A DNA stretch of 14,471 nucleotides from Utricularia gibba (lineage: Eukaryota > Plantae > Magnoliophyta), in assembly GCA_002189035.1 (NCBI GenBank), contig NEEC01000246.1:1-14471 (forward strand), in the 5' to 3' direction. The position numbers and the translations under genes are program-made. Shown piece by piece: positions 10,601 through 14,471 of the stretch. Below the pieces are notes generated by a model. The model had not been told where the DNA came from. It saw only the letters and a list, made by a program, of their open reading frames with translations, and did not search any database. Each line of letters starts with the position of its first letter. Position 1 is the first letter of the stretch.

Positions 10601-11217
10601 GCTTTGATGCATCCTCGGACGAAGAAGCTTTCAACACGGAAGCTGACCGGCACGGAAAGGGGTTCGAAACGGTATGCCGGGCGCAGCATGACTCATCACG
10701 GTTTTCAGGATATGGCCGAAATACCGAACGGTGTGCGAGGCCACCATGAGGCTGCGGGTTGTTCAGAGATCGAAAACACACCCAGCAGCTTCGTCGATCA
10801 GTCGCATCGTCGCGAACGTGGTGGCGCACATCGAAAACCCATACTTCACGTCATCCAATAAAACGCAGATGTTTTGCAAGGCCTCGAAAATACACACGCG
10901 ATCAAGCTTCTCGAAGTCGCATCGTCGCGAACGTGGTGGCCAATTTGTGGCACATCTGAAGGCTAAGATAAGGCGATAATTCGAGCTTTGATGCATCCTC
11001 GGACGAAGAAGCTTTCAACACGGAAGCTGACCGGCACGGAAAGGGGTTCGAAACGGTATGCCGGGCGCAGCATGACTACCGAACGGTGTGCGAGGCCACC
11101 ATGAGGCTTTTCAGGATATGGCCGAAATACCGAACGGTCGCGAACGTGGTGGCCAATTTGTGGCACATCTGAAGGCTAAGATAAGGCGATAATTCGAGCA
11201 TGCATCCTCGGACGAAG
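7633..11217 (+). repeat. Degenerate, scrambled block built from short monomer fragments in non-consensus order, with intact islands
   Basis: Most short words here trace to the monomer, but their order and spacing are lost (marker spacing 209-742 bp). Near-intact islands lie at about 9805-9938, 9973-10117, 10550-10756 and 10915-11077. I saw no reverse-complement monomer fragments. Confidence 0.85.
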
Positions 11218-14200
11218 AAGCTTTCAACACGGAAGCTGACCGGCACGGAAAGGGGTTCGAAACGGTATGCCGGGCGCAGCTGACTCATCACGGTTTTCAG
11301 GATATGGCCGAAATACCGAACGGTGTGCGAGGCCACCATGAGGCTGCGGGTAGGAACACACCCAGAGCTTGTTCAGAGATCGCCTCGAAAACCCATACTT
11401 CACGTCACCCAATAAAACGCAGATGTTTTCAAAAATCACAATCGGTCGATTCTCGTTTCCGAGTCGCATCGTCGCGAACGTGGTGGCCATTTGTGGCACA
11501 TCTGAAGGCTAAGATAAGGCGATAATTCGAGCATGCATCCTCGGACGAAGAAGCTTTCAACACGGAAGCTGACCGGCACGGAAAGGGGTTCGAAACGGTA
11601 TGCGACTCATCACGGTTTCAGGATATGGCCGAAATACCGAACGGTGTGCGAGGCCACCATGAGGCTGCGGTCACACCCAGAGCTTGTTCAGAGATCGCCT
11701 CGAAAACCCATACTTCACGTCATCCAATAAAACGCAGCCAATCACAATCGCGTCGATTCTCGTGTTCCGAGTCGCATCGTCGCGAACGTGGTGGCCAATT
11801 TGTGGCACATCTGAAGGCTAAGGGCGATAATTCGAGCTTTGATGCATCCTCGGACGAAGAAGCTTTCAACACGGAAGCTGACCGGCACGGAAAGGGGTTC
11901 GAAACGGTATGCCGGGCGCAGCATGACTCATCACGGTTTTCAGGATATGGCCGAAATACCGAACGGTGCGAGGCCACCATGAGGCTGCGGTAGGGACACA
12001 CCAGAGCTTGTTCAGAGATCGCCTCGAAAACCCATACTTCACGTCATCCAATAAAACGCAGATGTTTTGCAAGGCGAAAATCACAATCGCGTCGATTCTC
12101 GTGTTCCGAGTCGCATCGTCGCGAACGTGGTGCCAATTTGTGGCACATCTGAAGGCTAAGATAAGGCGATAATTCGAGCTTGATGCGGACGAAGAAGCTT
12201 TCAACACGGAAGCTGACCGGCACGGAAAGGGGTTCGAAACGGTATGCCGGCGCAGCATGACTCATCACGGTTTCAGGATATGGCCGAAATACCGAACGGT
12301 GTGCGAGGCCACCATGAGGCTGCGGTAGGGACACACCCAGAGCTTGTTCAGAGATCGCCTCGAAAACCCATACTTCACGTCACCAATAAAACGCAGATGT
12401 TTTGCAAGCGAAAATCACAATCGCGTCGATTCTCGTTTCCGAGTCGCATCGTCGCGAACGTGGTGGCCAATTTGTGGCACATCTGAAGGCTAAGATAAGG
12501 CGATAATTCGAGCTTGATGCATCCTCGGACGAAGAAGCTTTCAACACGGAAGCTGACCGGCACGGAAAGGGTTCGAACGGTATGCCGGCGCAGCATGACT
12601 CATCACGGTTTTCAGGATATGGCCGAAATACCGAACGGTGTGCGAGGCCACCATGAGGCTGCAGGTAGGGACACACCCAGAGCTTGTTCAGAGATCGCCT
12701 CGAAAACCCATACTTCACGTCACCAATAAAACGCAGATGTTTTGCAAGCATCACAATCGAAGGCTAAGTGGTGGCCAATACAGAAGGCGATAAGGCGATA
12801 ATTCGAGCTTTGATGCATCCTCGGACGAAGAAGCTTTCAACACGGAAGCTGACCGGCACGGAAAGGGGTTCGAAACGGTATGCCGGGCGCAGCTTGACCG
12901 AAATCAACGGTCGACCACCATGAGGCTGCGGTTTCAGAGATATGGCCAAGCCGAAAATCACAATCGCGTCGATTCTCGTGTTCCGAGTCGCATCGTCGCG
13001 AACGTGGTGGCCAATTTGTGGCACATCTGAAGGCTAAGATAAGGCGATAATTCGAGCTTTGATGCATCCTCGGACGAAGAAGCTTTCAACACGGAAGCTG
13101 ACCGGCACGGAAAGGGGTTCGAAACGGTATGCCGGGCAGCTGACTCATCACGGTTTTCAGGATATGGCCGAAATACCGAACGGTGTGCGAGGCCACCATG
13201 AGGCTGCGGGTAGGAACACACCCAGAGCTTGTTCAGAGATCGCCTCGAAAACCCATACTTCACGTCACCAATAAAACGCAGATGTTTTGCAAACCGAAAT
13301 CACAATCGGTCGATTCTCGTGTTCCGAGTCGCATCGTCGCGAACGTGGTGGCCAATTTGTGGCACATCTGAAGGCTAAATAAGGCGATAATTCGAGCTCT
13401 GATGCTCCTCGGACGAAGAAGCTTTCAACACGGAAGCTGACCGGCACGGAAAGGGGTTCGAAACGGTATGCCGGCGCAGCATGACTCATCACGGTTTTCA
13501 GGATATGGCCGAAATACCGAACGGTGTGCGAGGCCACCATGAGGCTGCGGGTAGGAACACACCCAGAGCTTGTTCAGAGATCGCCTCGAAAACCCATACT
13601 TCACGTCACCAATAAAACGCAGATGTTTTGCAACCGAAAATCACAATCGCGTCGATTCTCGTTTTCCGAGTCGCATCGTCGCGAACGTGGTGGCCAATTT
13701 GTGGCACATCTGAAGGCTAAGATAAGGCGATAATTCGAGCTTTGATGCATCCTCGGACGAAGAAGCTTTCAACACGGAAGCTGACCGGCACGGAAAGGGG
13801 TTCGAAACGGTATGCCGGGCGCAGCATGACTCATCACGGTTTTCAGGATATGGCCGAAATACCGAACGGTGTGCGAGGCCACCATGAGGCTGCGGGTAGG
13901 AACACACCAGAGCTTGTTCAGAGATCGCCTCGAAAACCCATACTTCACGTCACCCAATAAAACGCAGATGTTTTGCAACCCGAAAATCACAATCGGGTCG
14001 ATTCTCGTTTTCCGAGTCGCATCGTCGCGAACGTGGTGGCCAATTTGTGGCACATCTGAAGGCTAAGATAAGGCGATAATTCGAGCTTTGATGCATCCTC
14101 GGACGAAGAAGCTTTCAACACGGAAGCTGACCGGCACGGAAAGGGGTTCGAAACGGTATGCCGGGCGCAGCATGACTCATCACGGTTTTCAGGATATGGC

Positions 14201-14471
14201 CGAAATACCGAACGGTGTGCGAGGCCACCATGAGGCTGCGGGTAGGAACACACCAGAGCTTGTTCAGAGATCGCCTCGAAAACCCATACTTCACATCACC
14301 CAATAAAACGCACATGTTTTGCAACCCGAAAATCACAATCGGGTCGATTCTCGTTTTCCGAGTCGCATCGTCGCGAACGTGGTGGCCAATTTGTGGCACA
14401 TCTGAAGGCTAAGATAAGGCGATAATTCGAGCTTTGATGCATCCTCGGACGAAGAAGCTTTCAACACGGAA
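11218..14471 (+). repeat. Second ordered block of monomers, ending in a homogeneous subfamily
   Basis: The period recovers (309-346 bp), except for disrupted copies at 12535-12830 (296 bp) and 12831-13079 (249 bp). The copies starting at 11218, 13080, 13419, 13763 and 14109 share the variant GCGGGTAGGAACAC. Confidence 0.9.
13763..14454 (+). repeat. Two adjacent near-identical 346-bp monomers of the minority variant
   Basis: 13763-14108 and 14109-14454 differ only by G>A at 14295 and G>C at 14313, with no indels. Confidence 0.93.

Larger units (their letters stand above)
1..14471. repeat. Tandem satellite-type array, ~345-346-bp monomer, about 42 monomer-lengths, single orientation
   Basis: The AAGCTTTCA marker starts at 1, 346, 691, 1034, 1376, 1699, 2037, 2382, 2725, 3067, 3410, 3756, 4115, 4459, 4805, 5271, 5615, 5960, 6314, 6661, 6999, 7316, 7633, 7860, 8602, 9100, 9499, 9805, 10066, 10625, 11009, 11218, 11551, 11860, 12195, 12535, 12831, 13080, 13419, 13763, 14109 and 14455. 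Intact copies are 342-347 bp apart. There is no unique flanking sequence. Confidence 0.98.

Noticed and set aside
64-14412. The many ORFs in the six-frame track (e.g. MMHPRTKKLSTRK..., MSLPQPHGG..., up to 231 aa) as real genes or a repeat-protein gene
   Set aside because: They are repeated translations of the monomer. All three + frames are closed within 639-661 (TGA 639, TAA 646, TAA 651, TAA 659), and all three - frames have stops (reverse complement of TCA at 352, 414, 533). Longer ORFs arise only from indels switching frame, and I recognise no domain.
1-14471. CRISPR array
   Set aside because: There are no unique spacers; the entire 346-bp unit repeats. No cas-like ORFs are present.

Overview
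The whole 14,471-bp window is a head-to-tail tandem array of one ~345-346-bp monomer (~53% GC, CpG-rich), i.e. satellite-type DNA, with every recognisable copy in the same orientation. The marker GAAG|AAGCTTTCA (HindIII site) occurs 42 times, from position 1 to 14455. I find no credible gene, RNA gene, CRISPR array or mobile element. Every ORF in the six-frame track is a repeated translation of the monomer, which has stops in all six frames. The array is ordered at 1-7632 and 11218-14471, and is broken into shuffled monomer fragments at about 7633-11217. Main observations: (i) a faint ~172-bp internal dimer in the monomer; (ii) linked SNP subfamilies, which argue against a concatemer of one small circle; (iii) non-consensus junctions that recur inside the scrambled zone, including a new ~75-bp duplicated unit and a microhomology deletion across a hairpin; (iv) the first and last 17 bases are identical, which suggests a pseudo-circular collapsed-repeat contig. 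Indel-dominated variation suggests long-read or consensus noise, so part of the scrambling may be artefact. I cannot name the organism or the satellite family, and I see no solid evidence for a new biological system beyond an apparently eukaryotic satellite.
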